This document shows, in pieces, positions 25,201-34,907 of a stretch of DNA of 64,000 nucleotides; positions within the stretch are counted from its first letter, which is position 1, and every line of letters starts with the position of its first letter. The DNA is from an uncultured Planctomycetaceae bacterium. GTDB taxonomy: Bacteria; Planctomycetota; Planctomycetia; Pirellulales; PALSA-1355. Under the pieces are notes generated by a model, which searched no databases, had not been told where the DNA came from, and worked only from the letters and a program-made list of their open reading frames with translations. The translations under genes were made by a program, and so were the position numbers. The DNA is taken from positions 1 through 64,000 of the forward strand of contig CAWAUV010000002.1 of NCBI GenBank assembly GCA_963785305.1, given 5' to 3'.

Positions 25201-26735
25201 AGAGCGACGATGAGCGCACGAAAGCCGCTCGACAAGCGGTCGAATCGGATTCCAGCGGGGCCGAGCCCTGCCGGCAGTTGCTCGCCCTCCTCACGCCGCG
25301 ACTCTCGCCGGGACTCGCCGACGCGTTTCTCGAAGCCATCGGCCGGAGCCGATCGTCGGCGGTTGGCGCGGCGCTCGTCGAGCAGCTTCCGGGCTCGACA
25401 CCCGATGTGCGACGCAAGATCGTGGGCCTGTTGCTCGCGCGAGCCGAATGGACGCCCGACCTGATCGCCGCGCTCGAAGGGCATGCGATGGCGGTAAACG
25501 AACTTTCGCTCGATGAAAAGCAGGCGCTGCTTGCGCATCCGAATCGAAAACTGGCCGAGCGGTCGAAGAAGCTTTTGGCTTCGGATGGCGGACTGCCCAA
25601 CGCGGATCGCCAGAAAGTGATCGACCAACTCGGTCCCAAGGCGCTTGCTGGCGGCGATTCGGCCCGCGGCAAGGCGGTGTTCGTCAAGGAATGCTCCAAG
25701 TGCCACATGCACGGCGCCGAGGGCAAACGGATCGGTCCCGACCTGACCGGCATGGCGGCCCATCCGAAGCAAGAACTGCTGATTCATATCCTCGACCCGA
25801 GCCGCAGTGTCGAGGGAAACTTCCGGCAATATAGCGTCGTGACCGACGACGGACGCGTGCTCTCCGGCCTCTTGGGAGCGCAGAGCAAAACCGCGATCCA
25901 ACTGATCGACGCCGAGGGCAAGACCCATGAAATTCTGCGGGAGAACATCGAGGTGCTCAAGGCGAGTCCCAAGTCGATGATGCCCGAGGGATTCGAAAAA
26001 CAGCTTTCGCCCGAGGCGCTGGGCGATTTGCTGTCGTTTCTCACGGAGCGCGGGCGATTTTTGCCGCTCGATTTGCGAAACGTGGCGACGATCTCGAGTT
26101 CGCAAGGCATGTTTTACTCGGCCGGCAGCATGGCCGAACGCATGATGCTGACCGACTGGTCGCCGCGGGTCGTGGAAAGCGCACCGTTTCAACTGATCGA
26201 TCCGAAATCGGGCGAAACGCCGAACGTGATTTTGCTTTATGGCCCCGCGGGCGAATTTCCGCCGCGCATGCCCAAGAGCGTGCGCGTTGCCGCCAGTGGG
26301 CCCGCCAAGGCGATTCACCTCTTGAGCGGCGTGAGCGGCTGGGGGTATCATGGCGGTCCGGCGCGGCCGAGCGTCTCGCTCATCGTGCGGCTCAACTATC
26401 AAGACGGTGAAGTGGAAGAGCATCCTCTTGAAAACGGTGTTCACTTCGCCGACTATATTCGCCGCGTGGATGTGCCCGAATCGAAGTGGGCGTTCGCGTT
26501 CGAAGGAGGCCAGCAAATTCGCTACTTGGCGATCCGGCCCCGGCGCACGGCCCCGCTGCGAGATATCGAGTTCGTCAAAGGAGTCGACGCGACCTCCCCG
26601 GTGATCATGGCCATTACGATCGAGACCGATAAGCCATCGCGCGATGCACGTTCGCAATCCATCGTCCGCAAGCGCAGCTCTTGGCGACCGTCGCCCAGCG
26701 ATTTCGGTCGCTCCACGGCGCGGCGCCCGAGGTGA
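22251..26735 (+). CDS. PVC-type heme-binding CxxCH protein (ThuA-like domain + beta-propeller dehydrogenase-like domain + HEAT-like repeats + cytochrome c)
   Basis: ThuA-like 'VLFLGDQGHH...GRVFYTAYGHD', 'PITMAWDERGRLWVAE', 'EDTDGDGRAD', heme motif 'CSKCH' + 'IGPDLTG'. Both ends may be affected by indels. Confidence 0.85.
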   Translation: MLALVAVVFSGVAAAQLAALPPAAGEPVIRVLFLGDQGHHHPVDLASTLKAVMAGRGIEITYTERLADLNPATLARHDALLIYANIDQLGDAEEKSLLDYVESGHGLVALHCASYCFHNSPAYIALVGGEFERHGTGEFDTQASQAEHPIMRGFAPFHTWDETYVHRRHNTENREVLQTRREGAGDEPWTWTRRQGQGRVFYTAYGHDARTWNQPGFQALVERGIRWASGREVFDSRMRPNAGLAPFTYSPAKVPLYLPNQARGGHAEPKSQMQNPLDPAESMKHLVTPRGFEARLFASEPDIGKPITMAWDERGRLWVAETADYPNELQEPGQGHDRIRILEDTDGDGRADKFTLFADKLSIPTSVLPVRGGVIVHQAPVTLFLKDTDGDDHEDSRETLLSGWGSHDTHSGPSNLHWGFDNWIWGIVGYSGFKGTVGGEALDFKQGFFRFRPDGSKLEYLRGASNNSWGMSFDETGLVFGSTANGNPSVFMPIPNRYYENVRGGSAAVLPMAAVDNHIEPITENVRQVDWHGGFTAAAGHAIYTARLWPETYWNRTAFVCEPTGHLVATFFLEPRGSDFVTRNSWNQLASDDEWTAPILAEVGPDGNVWVIDWYNYIVQHNPTPHGFENGKGNAYLTPLRDKQHGRIYRIVARGREPAPAPRLDAASPDTLLAALESDNLFWRMHAQRMLVERGNRDVANKLIALTGLETCDALGECPAALHALHALEGLGLLGGSERAEDRDDPSRQAATNAAIAALKYPAAGVRRAATQTLPRGPRCAEALLAANIPLDADAQARLAGFLALAEMPPSDRAARAILEAMADPRNALDRWIPDAALAAAAVNSHAALIALAQGEPKSGVKFPGDEKSLAWVSRLAEHEARGKAVDTIGEIVAAFDSAPNGSKADPLRAEAIVRGLARGWPKDTPAKLDAQADAALVALFERLSLASKSELATLADRLGSKAFEGRMAQLRAGLLSAAEDTTKSDDERTKAARQAVESDSSGAEPCRQLLALLTPRLSPGLADAFLEAIGRSRSSAVGAALVEQLPGSTPDVRRKIVGLLLARAEWTPDLIAALEGHAMAVNELSLDEKQALLAHPNRKLAERSKKLLASDGGLPNADRQKVIDQLGPKALAGGDSARGKAVFVKECSKCHMHGAEGKRIGPDLTGMAAHPKQELLIHILDPSRSVEGNFRQYSVVTDDGRVLSGLLGAQSKTAIQLIDAEGKTHEILRENIEVLKASPKSMMPEGFEKQLSPEALGDLLSFLTERGRFLPLDLRNVATISSSQGMFYSAGSMAERMMLTDWSPRVVESAPFQLIDPKSGETPNVILLYGPAGEFPPRMPKSVRVAASGPAKAIHLLSGVSGWGYHGGPARPSVSLIVRLNYQDGEVEEHPLENGVHFADYIRRVDVPESKWAFAFEGGQQIRYLAIRPRRTAPLRDIEFVKGVDATSPVIMAITIETDKPSRDARSQSIVRKRSSWRPSPSDFGRSTARRPR

Positions 26736-27910
26736 TTTCGCTCGCTCCCGGCCGCGTCAATCTGATCGGCGAGCATACCGATTACAACAGCGGCTTCGCG
26801 CTACCGATGGCGATCGAGCGACACACGGCCATCGCCGCGCGGCCGCTCGGCGACCAGGGTCCCCGCGTGGCCCGAGTTTATAGCATGGGCCTCGATCGCG
26901 CCGCGACATTCTCGATCGAGCCTGGCGATCTGGTCGCCGGCGTTTTGGGCGCCGGCGTTTTGGGCGCCGCTATCCCCGAGCGGCCGAGCGGGCCGGATTG
27001 GTCGAGTTATGTGCGCGGCGTCGTGGCCGGATGCGGGGCCCGGGGCTGGAAGCTGCCGTCGTTCGAGGCCGTGGTCGGCGGCACCGTGCCGCTCGGCGGC
27101 GGGCTCTCGAGCAGCGCCTCGCTTGAAGTGGCCATGCTGCTGGTGCTCGAATCGCTGGCCGGTGAACGGCTCTCGGACCTCGACCGGGCGCTCGTGTGCC
27201 AAAAGGCCGAGCATGATTTTGCCGGCGTGCCGTGCGGGTTAATGGATCAGTTTGTCTCCGTGCATGCACAAGCCGATTCGCTGCTCCTGCTCGATTGCCG
27301 CTCGCTCGAAGCCACGCCCACGCCGCTCGACGACCCGGCCATGACGGTGATGATCGCCGACAGCCGCGTGAAACATCAGCTCGCGGGCGATGGCCGGGCC
27401 TATGCGAGTCGCCGGGCCGACTGCGAGGCGGCAAGCCTCGCTCTGGGAACGGCGTCGCTGCGAGACGCGAGCCTCGCGGACTTGGAACATGCCCGACCGC
27501 GGCTCGACGATGTGTTGTATCGCCGCGCGCGGCATGTGATGACGGAAAATGCCCGCACGCTCGCGGCGGCCGCGGCGCTCGAGGCGCACGACTGGTCGGC
27601 CGTGGGCGCGGCGATGGCGGGCAGCCATGCGTCGCTGCGCTTCGACTTCGAAGTCAGTTGCCGAGAACTCGATCTGCTCGTCGAATTCGCCAACGACCTG
27701 GGCCCGGAACAGGGCGTCTTCGGCGCCCGCATGACCGGCGGCGGCTTTGGCGGCTGCACCGTGAACTTGGTGCGAGCCGACGCGGCGGAACACGTCGCCC
27801 GCTCAATCGCCGCGCACTATGAATCGGCCACGGGCCTCCACGCCGAGTTTTTCTGCTCGCGCCCCGCGGCCGGCGCCCGCTTGATCGAACCGAGGGCGTC
27901 CATGGCTTGA
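26681..27910 (+). CDS. galK: Galactokinase
   Basis: 'APGRVNLIGEHTDYNSG', GHMP motif 'PLGGGLSSSASLE', 'CGLMDQ', 'GARMTGGGFGGC'. Confidence 0.95.
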   Translation: MATVAQRFRSLHGAAPEVISLAPGRVNLIGEHTDYNSGFALPMAIERHTAIAARPLGDQGPRVARVYSMGLDRAATFSIEPGDLVAGVLGAGVLGAAIPERPSGPDWSSYVRGVVAGCGARGWKLPSFEAVVGGTVPLGGGLSSSASLEVAMLLVLESLAGERLSDLDRALVCQKAEHDFAGVPCGLMDQFVSVHAQADSLLLLDCRSLEATPTPLDDPAMTVMIADSRVKHQLAGDGRAYASRRADCEAASLALGTASLRDASLADLEHARPRLDDVLYRRARHVMTENARTLAAAAALEAHDWSAVGAAMAGSHASLRFDFEVSCRELDLLVEFANDLGPEQGVFGARMTGGGFGGCTVNLVRADAAEHVARSIAAHYESATGLHAEFFCSRPAAGARLIEPRASMA

Positions 27911-27990
27911 TCCATGAAGCGATATCGCTGGCGTGGCCTTCGTGGACTTCCGGTTCCATGCCAAGGCCGGCACGGCGAGGAACGAGGTTG

Positions 27991-30900
27991 TCACCAGCGG
28001 TATTGAAACCCGCCGGACCCGATCACCGCGGCGTAGTTCCGAGAAACTTGGTTGTCCACCGCCCCGTACAAGCTGCAATGCTCGGAGAGTATCGCGCTGC
28101 CGCCGAGCGTGAAGAGACCGAAGTCGCGGCCCAGGTTATTTCCGGCCGTGTTGAAGCTGACCGTCGGGGCGCCGGCGAACGACGACGAGATCACCTGCGT
28201 GCCATCGCCCCATTCGTGCTGATAACGACCGGAAGCGGAGGGAATGAACGGGATGCCGAACAACGTGGTCTGCCGATAAAGCCTCGCCCCGGCGCTGCCG
28301 CGCACGCTGTTGATGGTTTGGTTTCCCGTCGTCAGGTCGAGGCTGCCGGCCCCGGTCTCGCTCGCGCCGCGCTGATCGAGATAAATATATTGCAGGCCGG
28401 TGAACGGTTGGAGCATCATGCCGGCCCCGCCCAGCGACAACCCGGCTTCGGTGTAATGGGCCCATTGAGTGCCATGGCTGTCGCCGGTGGCGGCGCGGGC
28501 AATCGAGCCGAAATCGATTTGTCGCGTCGTGTTGTAGTTGTCGCCGCTGAAGGCGTCGATGTTCGAAAGATACAATCGGCCACGACGTAGCAATTGATAC
28601 GCGCCGACCTGGCCGCCGTTGATTCGCGTGTTGGAGTTGACTAGCCTGTCGCTCAGCGAGGCGCCGGCATATCCGCCGAAGAAGCCGACGACGACGTTGT
28701 CGCTCAGCCAGCGTTCCATGCCGACCAGCGAGCCACCCAGGCCATAGTTCAAGCCGCCGGCATTGCCGTTGCCAGAGACACCGCCGCCCAGTCCGTAACC
28801 TTGTGTCCAGCCGGTCCAGCGCGGAGCCGTCCGGCGGCGGAACACCAACTGTGGCAAGTTCCGCGTTTGGCCGTCGGACTGCTGATAGGAAACAGTCCGC
28901 ACCTCGACATCGAGCTGTTCGCCCTCGCTTGCCGCGGCGCCCGATCCGGCGCCCGATGGTCCCCCAGCCGCGCCGCCGGCCGGTTCCCAGGCGCCGCTTG
29001 CCACCGGACGCAATTGCCCCGCCAAGCGATTACTGATCAACTGCATCCAAGTGGTGGTGGTTTGCAGCTCCACGGCGCCGATGCTGGCGTAGATATCGCC
29101 AGCCATTTGATTCATGGCGCTTTGTGTTTGGGCGGCGTCGAGAGTTTGCAACTGCCCGATCACGGTGGCGTAGTCGCCGGTGGCTGAACCGCTGGTTTGA
29201 TCGAGCACCGCCGCCACGGCCATTTGGTTTGGAGTGATGGCCACGCCACTGAAGTTCTGACCGATGACCAATTCGACATCGTCTGGCAGATATTCGAGGG
29301 ACCAACGTAGCAAGCTGGATTGTGGCGGGAGGATCGTGGTCGTGTATTGGCCGGTGACGCCGCCCGTGGCGCTGAGAACCGTATATTGAGTTCCGGCGTG
29401 ATAAGTTCCTGGATCGAGCACGACATTGAAGGTTGCGCCGCTATTGATCTGGGCAGCTCCGTTGACGATGATCTTGTCGCTGCCGGTGGGGCTGACTTCA
29501 GCCGCGTAGGTGCTCCCGCTGTTCATGACGAGAGGGCCGTTGACAGTGAGCGGGGCGCCGACGGTGCCGGGATAAATCGTGCCGCCGGAGTTGATCGTCG
29601 TGGCGCCAACCGAACCTTGGCCCATCAGGATGCCGGTGCTGTTGACGGTCATCGCGCCGACCGTCGAGCCGTTGACGATCAGCGTGCCTTGATCGATCGT
29701 GGCGCCGCCGGTGAAGCTGTTGGCGGCGCTGAGGACGAGCGTCCCGGCGCCGGTCTTGTCGATTCCGCCGGCGCCGCCGATCGAGTCGGCGTAGGTCAGC
29801 GTGCCGGAGTCGACCTGGAGCGTGGCGCCGGCGCCCGACATGGCGTAGATCCCCGCCCCCTCGGCCGACCCATTCGCTCCGCTCGAAGACCCCGAGCCGC
29901 CGGTTCCGGCCACGACGCTCGAGCCGGAGATGGCCGAGTCGATAATGGTCAACGAGCCGCCGGCGCGCACGAAGACGGCGCCGCCGTAGGCATCGCCGCC
30001 GGCGCCGCCTGTCGAGGAGCCGCCGCCATTGCCGCCGCCGAAGCCGCCATTGGCGGGACTGCCGCTGTTATTTCCGCCATAGGCGCCGCCGCCACCGCCG
30101 CCACCTCCGAATCCCCCCGCGCCGGCGTTGCCGCCATTGTAGCCACCGCCACCACCACCGCCGAAATCACCACCGCGGCCGGCAGTGGCGCCGGAACCAA
30201 AGCTGCCGACTCCGCCGCCGCCGCCGAACGTGGCGCCGTTGGCGCCCGATTGGCTATAGGCTCCGCCTCCCCCGCCGCCGCCAAGCACACCCGGGCTGGG
30301 CCCCGCGCCGCCCGATGTTCCGCCGGAGCCTCCCGTAACATCACCTCCCGAGCCGCCACTGCTGGTTGTCGTCGAGCCACCGGAGAGCGCTACTCCACCG
30401 CCACCGCCGCCGCCCTGGGAGGCATAAATGCTCGATCCGCCAATCGCCGAGCCTCCATTGCCATAGAGACCGCCGCCGCCGCCCGCTCCATAGGCGATGC
30501 CGTTACTGTTGCCGGCGCTGTTTCCGCCCGTCCCCACGAATCCACCGCCACCACCGCCGCCCACGCCGTTGCTGATTACGCTGCCGCCGGCGCCATGAAA
30601 TCCACCACCGCCGCCGCCGCCCCCAGGGGCCCAGCCATTGCCGGTGCTGCCGCCGGCCCCGCCGGTCGCGGCATTGCCGTTGAACGAAACATTTTCGATC
30701 GTGGCGCTGGCCGACGAGTTGACGAACAGCGCGCCGCCAGCGCCCAATCCGCCGCCGCCGCCGCCGGCATAGGCGCCCGTGTTGCCGCCGGCGCCGCCGG
30801 TCGCGTTGCTGTCCACGATCGAGAGGTTTCTGATCGTGACATTCGTCGCGTCGACGAAGAAGGCGGAGTAGTGTCCGGCGCCATTGATGGTCAGGCCGGG

Positions 30901-31245
30901 AGCGAGGGCGCCGTCGATCGTCGCGTTATTGAGCAAAATGGGCGGCAGGTTGCCGTTGAGTGTAATCGTCGCGCCAGAGAGCGATGGGCTGAAGGCGATC
31001 GTGGAATAGTTTCCAGCGTTCACCTGATTGATCGCATAGAGCAGCGTATGGTCGCTCGAATTGCCCGCTCCGACGCCAGAGTCCGTGACGGTAATGGTCT
31101 GCGCTCGAGCGTGGCCGGCGCAGAGCGCGGCCAACGCCAGGAGAGGCGCAACTTTCCGGGCGAGACGGCGCGAGCGCAATTGCGAGGCAACGGCGCGGAC
31201 AACGCCCATGCGCGGCCTTGCGCACGATGCGGAGAGGGAATCCAT
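27991..31245 (-). CDS. Type V autotransporter with Gly-rich passenger
   Basis: Signal peptide 'LLALAALCAGHARA', long Gly-rich tract, passenger repeat 'KTGAGTLVLSAANSFTGGATIDQGTL', beta-barrel ending 'SGGFQYRW'. Confidence 0.9.
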   Translation of the reverse strand: MDSLSASCARPRMGVVRAVASQLRSRRLARKVAPLLALAALCAGHARAQTITVTDSGVGAGNSSDHTLLYAINQVNAGNYSTIAFSPSLSGATITLNGNLPPILLNNATIDGALAPGLTINGAGHYSAFFVDATNVTIRNLSIVDSNATGGAGGNTGAYAGGGGGGLGAGGALFVNSSASATIENVSFNGNAATGGAGGSTGNGWAPGGGGGGGGFHGAGGSVISNGVGGGGGGGFVGTGGNSAGNSNGIAYGAGGGGGLYGNGGSAIGGSSIYASQGGGGGGGVALSGGSTTTSSGGSGGDVTGGSGGTSGGAGPSPGVLGGGGGGGAYSQSGANGATFGGGGGVGSFGSGATAGRGGDFGGGGGGGYNGGNAGAGGFGGGGGGGGAYGGNNSGSPANGGFGGGNGGGSSTGGAGGDAYGGAVFVRAGGSLTIIDSAISGSSVVAGTGGSGSSSGANGSAEGAGIYAMSGAGATLQVDSGTLTYADSIGGAGGIDKTGAGTLVLSAANSFTGGATIDQGTLIVNGSTVGAMTVNSTGILMGQGSVGATTINSGGTIYPGTVGAPLTVNGPLVMNSGSTYAAEVSPTGSDKIIVNGAAQINSGATFNVVLDPGTYHAGTQYTVLSATGGVTGQYTTTILPPQSSLLRWSLEYLPDDVELVIGQNFSGVAITPNQMAVAAVLDQTSGSATGDYATVIGQLQTLDAAQTQSAMNQMAGDIYASIGAVELQTTTTWMQLISNRLAGQLRPVASGAWEPAGGAAGGPSGAGSGAAASEGEQLDVEVRTVSYQQSDGQTRNLPQLVFRRRTAPRWTGWTQGYGLGGGVSGNGNAGGLNYGLGGSLVGMERWLSDNVVVGFFGGYAGASLSDRLVNSNTRINGGQVGAYQLLRRGRLYLSNIDAFSGDNYNTTRQIDFGSIARAATGDSHGTQWAHYTEAGLSLGGAGMMLQPFTGLQYIYLDQRGASETGAGSLDLTTGNQTINSVRGSAGARLYRQTTLFGIPFIPSASGRYQHEWGDGTQVISSSFAGAPTVSFNTAGNNLGRDFGLFTLGGSAILSEHCSLYGAVDNQVSRNYAAVIGSGGFQYRW

Positions 31246-31622
31246 TCTTGGGCGGTCCGTGTGCTAGCGGGATGTTGTGGGTGGGGACGAAACCGCTCGG
31301 TCCCGAAGGCCGGGTTTGCCATCGGAAACGAACGCGAGCCGTGGCAGCTCGCGGGCTCCGCCATGCCTAAGGTCGTCTTTTCAAGGGGAGAGAATGATCG
31401 CGCCGGAGAGAATCCAATTTTTTGCGGCGTTTTTGCAACGTTTTGCGGCATTGGCGCGTCAACGCATCGGCATGTCGGCGGACTTTGACGGCCTCGAGAC
31501 GAAATGTGAATTCGCGGCGCACGTGCTTCGATCGAACCAGCGCGGACAATTCGAACAAGTTCAAGGGGAGCCTTTGAGCCAATAATCGATCGATGGCCGT
31601 CATTCGGGGAAAAAATGACTGG

Positions 31623-31650
31623 TTGACATGTCGACAGATTCCGATATAGT
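31623..31650 (+). promoter_or_regulatory. Sigma-70 promoter of arsR overlapped by a candidate operator
   Basis: TTGACA-16 bp-TATAGT. GTCG-N8-CGAT spans the spacer and the start of the -10. Confidence 0.55.
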
Positions 31651-31677
31651 TGAGTATCAGCGACACGAGGTAAAACC

Positions 31678-32061
31678 ATGACCGCCCGAGCCACCCTACA
31701 AACCACGCCCGCGAAAAGCCCTGGCAAGAGCTCCGTCAAACGGCCAGGCAAGGGGGCGAACGTCCTGAAACTCACGAGCCTCGAGGCTCTGGAGCAGGCG
31801 GCCGAGTGCCTGAAGGTGCTGGCGCATCCGCATCGGCTGCGAATGGTGCAAATGTTGTTCGCGGGACAGTACTCCGTGGGCGAATTGGCCGAAGCCTGCG
31901 AGATTCCCAGTCACATGGCGTCGGAGCATCTGCGGCTGATGCAGCGGTGTGGGTTTCTCGACAGCCAGAAAGACGGCCGCAAAGCCTACTACCAAGTGGT
32001 GGAGCAGCACTTGGCGAACATCATGGCCTGCGTCGAAGCGCAATTTGGCGCTGGCGAGTGA
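31678..32061 (+). CDS. ArsR/SmtB-family transcriptional regulator
   Basis: 'LKVLAHPHRLRMVQML...SVGELAEACEI...ASEHLRLM...DGRKAYY'. Confidence 0.9.
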   Translation: MTARATLQTTPAKSPGKSSVKRPGKGANVLKLTSLEALEQAAECLKVLAHPHRLRMVQMLFAGQYSVGELAEACEIPSHMASEHLRLMQRCGFLDSQKDGRKAYYQVVEQHLANIMACVEAQFGAGE

Positions 32062-32141
32062 TTTGTTTCGTGAAAGAAATATCGGAATATCGCGATCTAT
32101 AACGTCATTTGTCTTGGTGAACCGAATCGAGGAGCCCAACC

Positions 32142-32693
32142 ATGTCTCTCGCCACAATCTCGCCCACGCGGCTCGGAGAGCTTCGCAAGCAAGGGCAACC
32201 CATCGATCTGATCGATGTGCGCACACCCGTCGAATTTCGCGAAGCGCATCTGGAGTTTGCCCGCAATATCCCGCTCGACCGGCTCGACGCCGCGGCCGTG
32301 ATCCGCGATCGCAATGGCTCGGCTGGCCAACCGCTCTATCTGATTTGCCGCTCGGGCAAGCGCGGGGAGCAGGCCTGCCAAGCCTTTGCCGCGGCCGGCT
32401 TCGACGGAGCCGTGAATGTCGAAGGCGGCACGATGGCCTGCATCGAAGCCGGCCTGCCGGTCACACGCGGCAAAAAATCGATGTCGCTCGAGCGGCAAGT
32501 GCGCATCGCCGCCGGATCGCTCGTCTTGCTGGGCGCCGGCCTCGGGTGGTGGGTGCATCCGGCCTTTGTCGCGCTCTCCGCGTTTGTCGGCGCCGGCCTC
32601 GTGTTCGCGGGCCTAACCGATACCTGCGGCATGGGAATGCTGATTGCCCGCATGCCGTGGAACCAAGGCGGTGAAGCCGGCTGTGCCCGGTAG
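32142..32693 (+). CDS. Rhodanese + DUF2892 membrane protein (YgaP-like)
   Basis: 'LIDVRTPVEFREAH', active-site 'ICRSGKR', C-terminal 'LERQVRIAAG...GLTDTCGMGMLIARMPWN'. Confidence 0.88.
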   Translation: MSLATISPTRLGELRKQGQPIDLIDVRTPVEFREAHLEFARNIPLDRLDAAAVIRDRNGSAGQPLYLICRSGKRGEQACQAFAAAGFDGAVNVEGGTMACIEAGLPVTRGKKSMSLERQVRIAAGSLVLLGAGLGWWVHPAFVALSAFVGAGLVFAGLTDTCGMGMLIARMPWNQGGEAGCAR

Positions 32694-32765
32694 CGCGCCA
32701 TGAAGGATTCAAGGCCGATTTCGTTGATGCATGCGGCGAAATTTCCATTTCCAGGAGCGAGCGAC

Positions 32766-34457
32766 ATGAAACTGGTCATCGTGGGCGGCGTGGCGGGGGG
32801 AGCTTCCGCCGCGGCGCGAGCCCGGCGCAATTGCGAACAGGCCGAAATCGTGCTCTTCGAGCGCGGGCCCGATGTTTCATTCGCCAATTGCGGACTGCCA
32901 TACTATGCCGGCGGCGAAATCGCCGACCGCGACAAGTTGCTCATCACCACGCCCGAGCGGCTGCGTTCGCGATTCAAGCTCGATGTGCGCACGCGCGCGA
33001 ATGTCGAATCGATCGATCGGTCGGCCAAGCGAGTGCGGGTGCGCGACCTCGCGACCGGCGAGGAATATGAAGAAGCCTACGACAAACTGATTCTCTCGCC
33101 CGGCGCCGCGCCCTTTCGCCCGCCGACGCCCGGCATCGATCTACCTGGCATCTTTACGCTCCGCAATTTGCAAGATATCGACGGCATCAAGCGTCGGCTC
33201 GACCGCGGAGCGCGGCGGGCGATCGTCGTGGGCGGCGGCTTTATCGGGCTCGAGCTTGTCGAAAACTTCGTGCGACGCGGGGTCATGACCACCGTGGTCG
33301 AACTGCAAGATCAACTGCTGCCGCCGTTGGATAAGGAAATGACCACACCGCTCATGGACGCGCTGGCGGCCAAGGGCGCGGCGGTGCGGCTGGGTGAGTC
33401 GGTCGAAGCATTCGAACCCGCGGCCGACGGATTGGTGGCCCGATTGAAGTCGGGCGAATGCTTGCCGGCGCAATTGGTCGTGATCGGGGTGGGCGTGCGT
33501 CCGGAGAACAAGCTCGCGGTCGAGGCCGGGCTCGAAGTCGGCCCGCGCGGCGGCATTCGCGTCAATGCTTATCTCGAAACGAGCGATCCTGATATTTTCG
33601 CCGTGGGCGATGCGATCGAAACGAAGGACTTTGTCCTAGGCGGTCCAACCCAAGTTCCCTTGGCTGGGCCAGCCAATCGCCAAGGCCGCATCGCGGCCGA
33701 TAACGCATGCGGCCGGCGCGTAACATTTCGCGGCGCCCAGGGCACGGCCATCGTCGGCCTCTTCGACCGCGTGGCGGCCGTGACCGGCGCCTCGGAAAAA
33801 TCGCTCCGCAAGGCGAACCAGTCCTTTCGCAAGACCTATATCCACCCGGCGCAACATGCCGGCTACTATCCCGGCGCCGAATCGATGGCGATCAAGATTC
33901 TCTTCGCGCCCGACACGGGCAAACTGCTCGGCGCCCAAGTCGTGGGCGGGGCCGGGGTCGATAAACGCATCGATGTGCTTGCCGTGGCGATTCAAGCCCG
34001 CATGACCGTGTTCGATCTCGAGGAAATGGAGCTCGCCTACGCGCCTCAGTTCGGCTCGGCCAAAGATCCGGTCAACATGGCGGGCTTCGTGGCCGCGGGC
34101 ATCGTGCGCGGCGAACATCGGCAGGTCGACCTCGAAGCGGTGCTGTCGACTGGGGCTGAGGACCGGCCTTTGCTGCTCGATGTGCGCACGACGCAAGAGT
34201 TCAATGCGGGCCACATACCCGAGGCGATGAGCTTGCCCGTCGATGAACTGCGATCGCGGCTCGATGAACTGCCGCGCGACCGGCCGATCGCCGCTTATTG
34301 CCAGGTCGGCCAGCGCGGCTACTTGGCCACGCGAATACTTCTGCAAAACGGCTTCGACGCCGCGAACATCGGCGGCGGCTACAAGACCTATCTCTTGTGG
34401 AAACCATCGCTCGAAGCCACCAAGGCGCCCGAACTCAACACATTGACGACGCGGTAA
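32766..34457 (+). CDS. CoA-disulfide/persulfide reductase with C-terminal rhodanese domain (CoADR-RHD)
   Basis: 'IVGGVAGGASAAARARR', redox 'SFANCGLPY', 'GGGFIGLE', 'ELAYAPQFGSAKDPVN', rhodanese 'YCQVGQRGY'. Confidence 0.9.
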   Translation: MKLVIVGGVAGGASAAARARRNCEQAEIVLFERGPDVSFANCGLPYYAGGEIADRDKLLITTPERLRSRFKLDVRTRANVESIDRSAKRVRVRDLATGEEYEEAYDKLILSPGAAPFRPPTPGIDLPGIFTLRNLQDIDGIKRRLDRGARRAIVVGGGFIGLELVENFVRRGVMTTVVELQDQLLPPLDKEMTTPLMDALAAKGAAVRLGESVEAFEPAADGLVARLKSGECLPAQLVVIGVGVRPENKLAVEAGLEVGPRGGIRVNAYLETSDPDIFAVGDAIETKDFVLGGPTQVPLAGPANRQGRIAADNACGRRVTFRGAQGTAIVGLFDRVAAVTGASEKSLRKANQSFRKTYIHPAQHAGYYPGAESMAIKILFAPDTGKLLGAQVVGGAGVDKRIDVLAVAIQARMTVFDLEEMELAYAPQFGSAKDPVNMAGFVAAGIVRGEHRQVDLEAVLSTGAEDRPLLLDVRTTQEFNAGHIPEAMSLPVDELRSRLDELPRDRPIAAYCQVGQRGYLATRILLQNGFDAANIGGGYKTYLLWKPSLEATKAPELNTLTTR

Positions 34458-34466
34458 CAATCCCAA

Positions 34467-34907
34467 GTGGCGGAAAACATCCGCCGGCCGGAGCCGATTT
34501 CCTTGGAAACCGATCCCCCGAACGCCGAACCTCGAAAACCCGCGGATGCGGCCACGCGTTTGGCCGGCGAGCGCACCCTGCTGGCTTGGGTCCGCACCGG
34601 GCTGGCGATGATGGGGTTTGGCTTCGTGGTCGCGCGGTTCGGGCTCTTTTTGCGGGAACTGGCAGCCGCCGGCAACCTGGCTCGACCGCCCCATGTGGGA
34701 TTTTCGCTGTGGATCGGCGTGGCGCTCGTGGCGGTGGGCGTGGCCGTTTGTTTGCTGGCGGCCGGTCAGCATCTCGCGTTCTTACGACGCATCGACGCCG
34801 GCTTGCCCTATCGCCCGCCGCGCTGGTCGCTGGGAGTCATCGTCGCATTTTTTCTGGCGATCACCGGCGTCGTCATGGCGGTTTATCTGCTACTGCTGGG
34901 CGCTTGA
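34467..34907 (+). CDS. DUF202/YidH-family membrane protein
   Basis: 'LAGERTLLAWVRTGLAMMGFGFVVARFGLFL' and three hydrophobic segments. Confidence 0.85.
   Translation: MAENIRRPEPISLETDPPNAEPRKPADAATRLAGERTLLAWVRTGLAMMGFGFVVARFGLFLRELAAAGNLARPPHVGFSLWIGVALVAVGVAVCLLAAGQHLAFLRRIDAGLPYRPPRWSLGVIVAFFLAITGVVMAVYLLLLGA

Noticed and set aside
29320..31488. 722-aa ORF antisense to the autotransporter, and similar long antisense ORFs elsewhere
   Set aside because: Shadow ORFs expected in high-GC coding DNA; no motifs.
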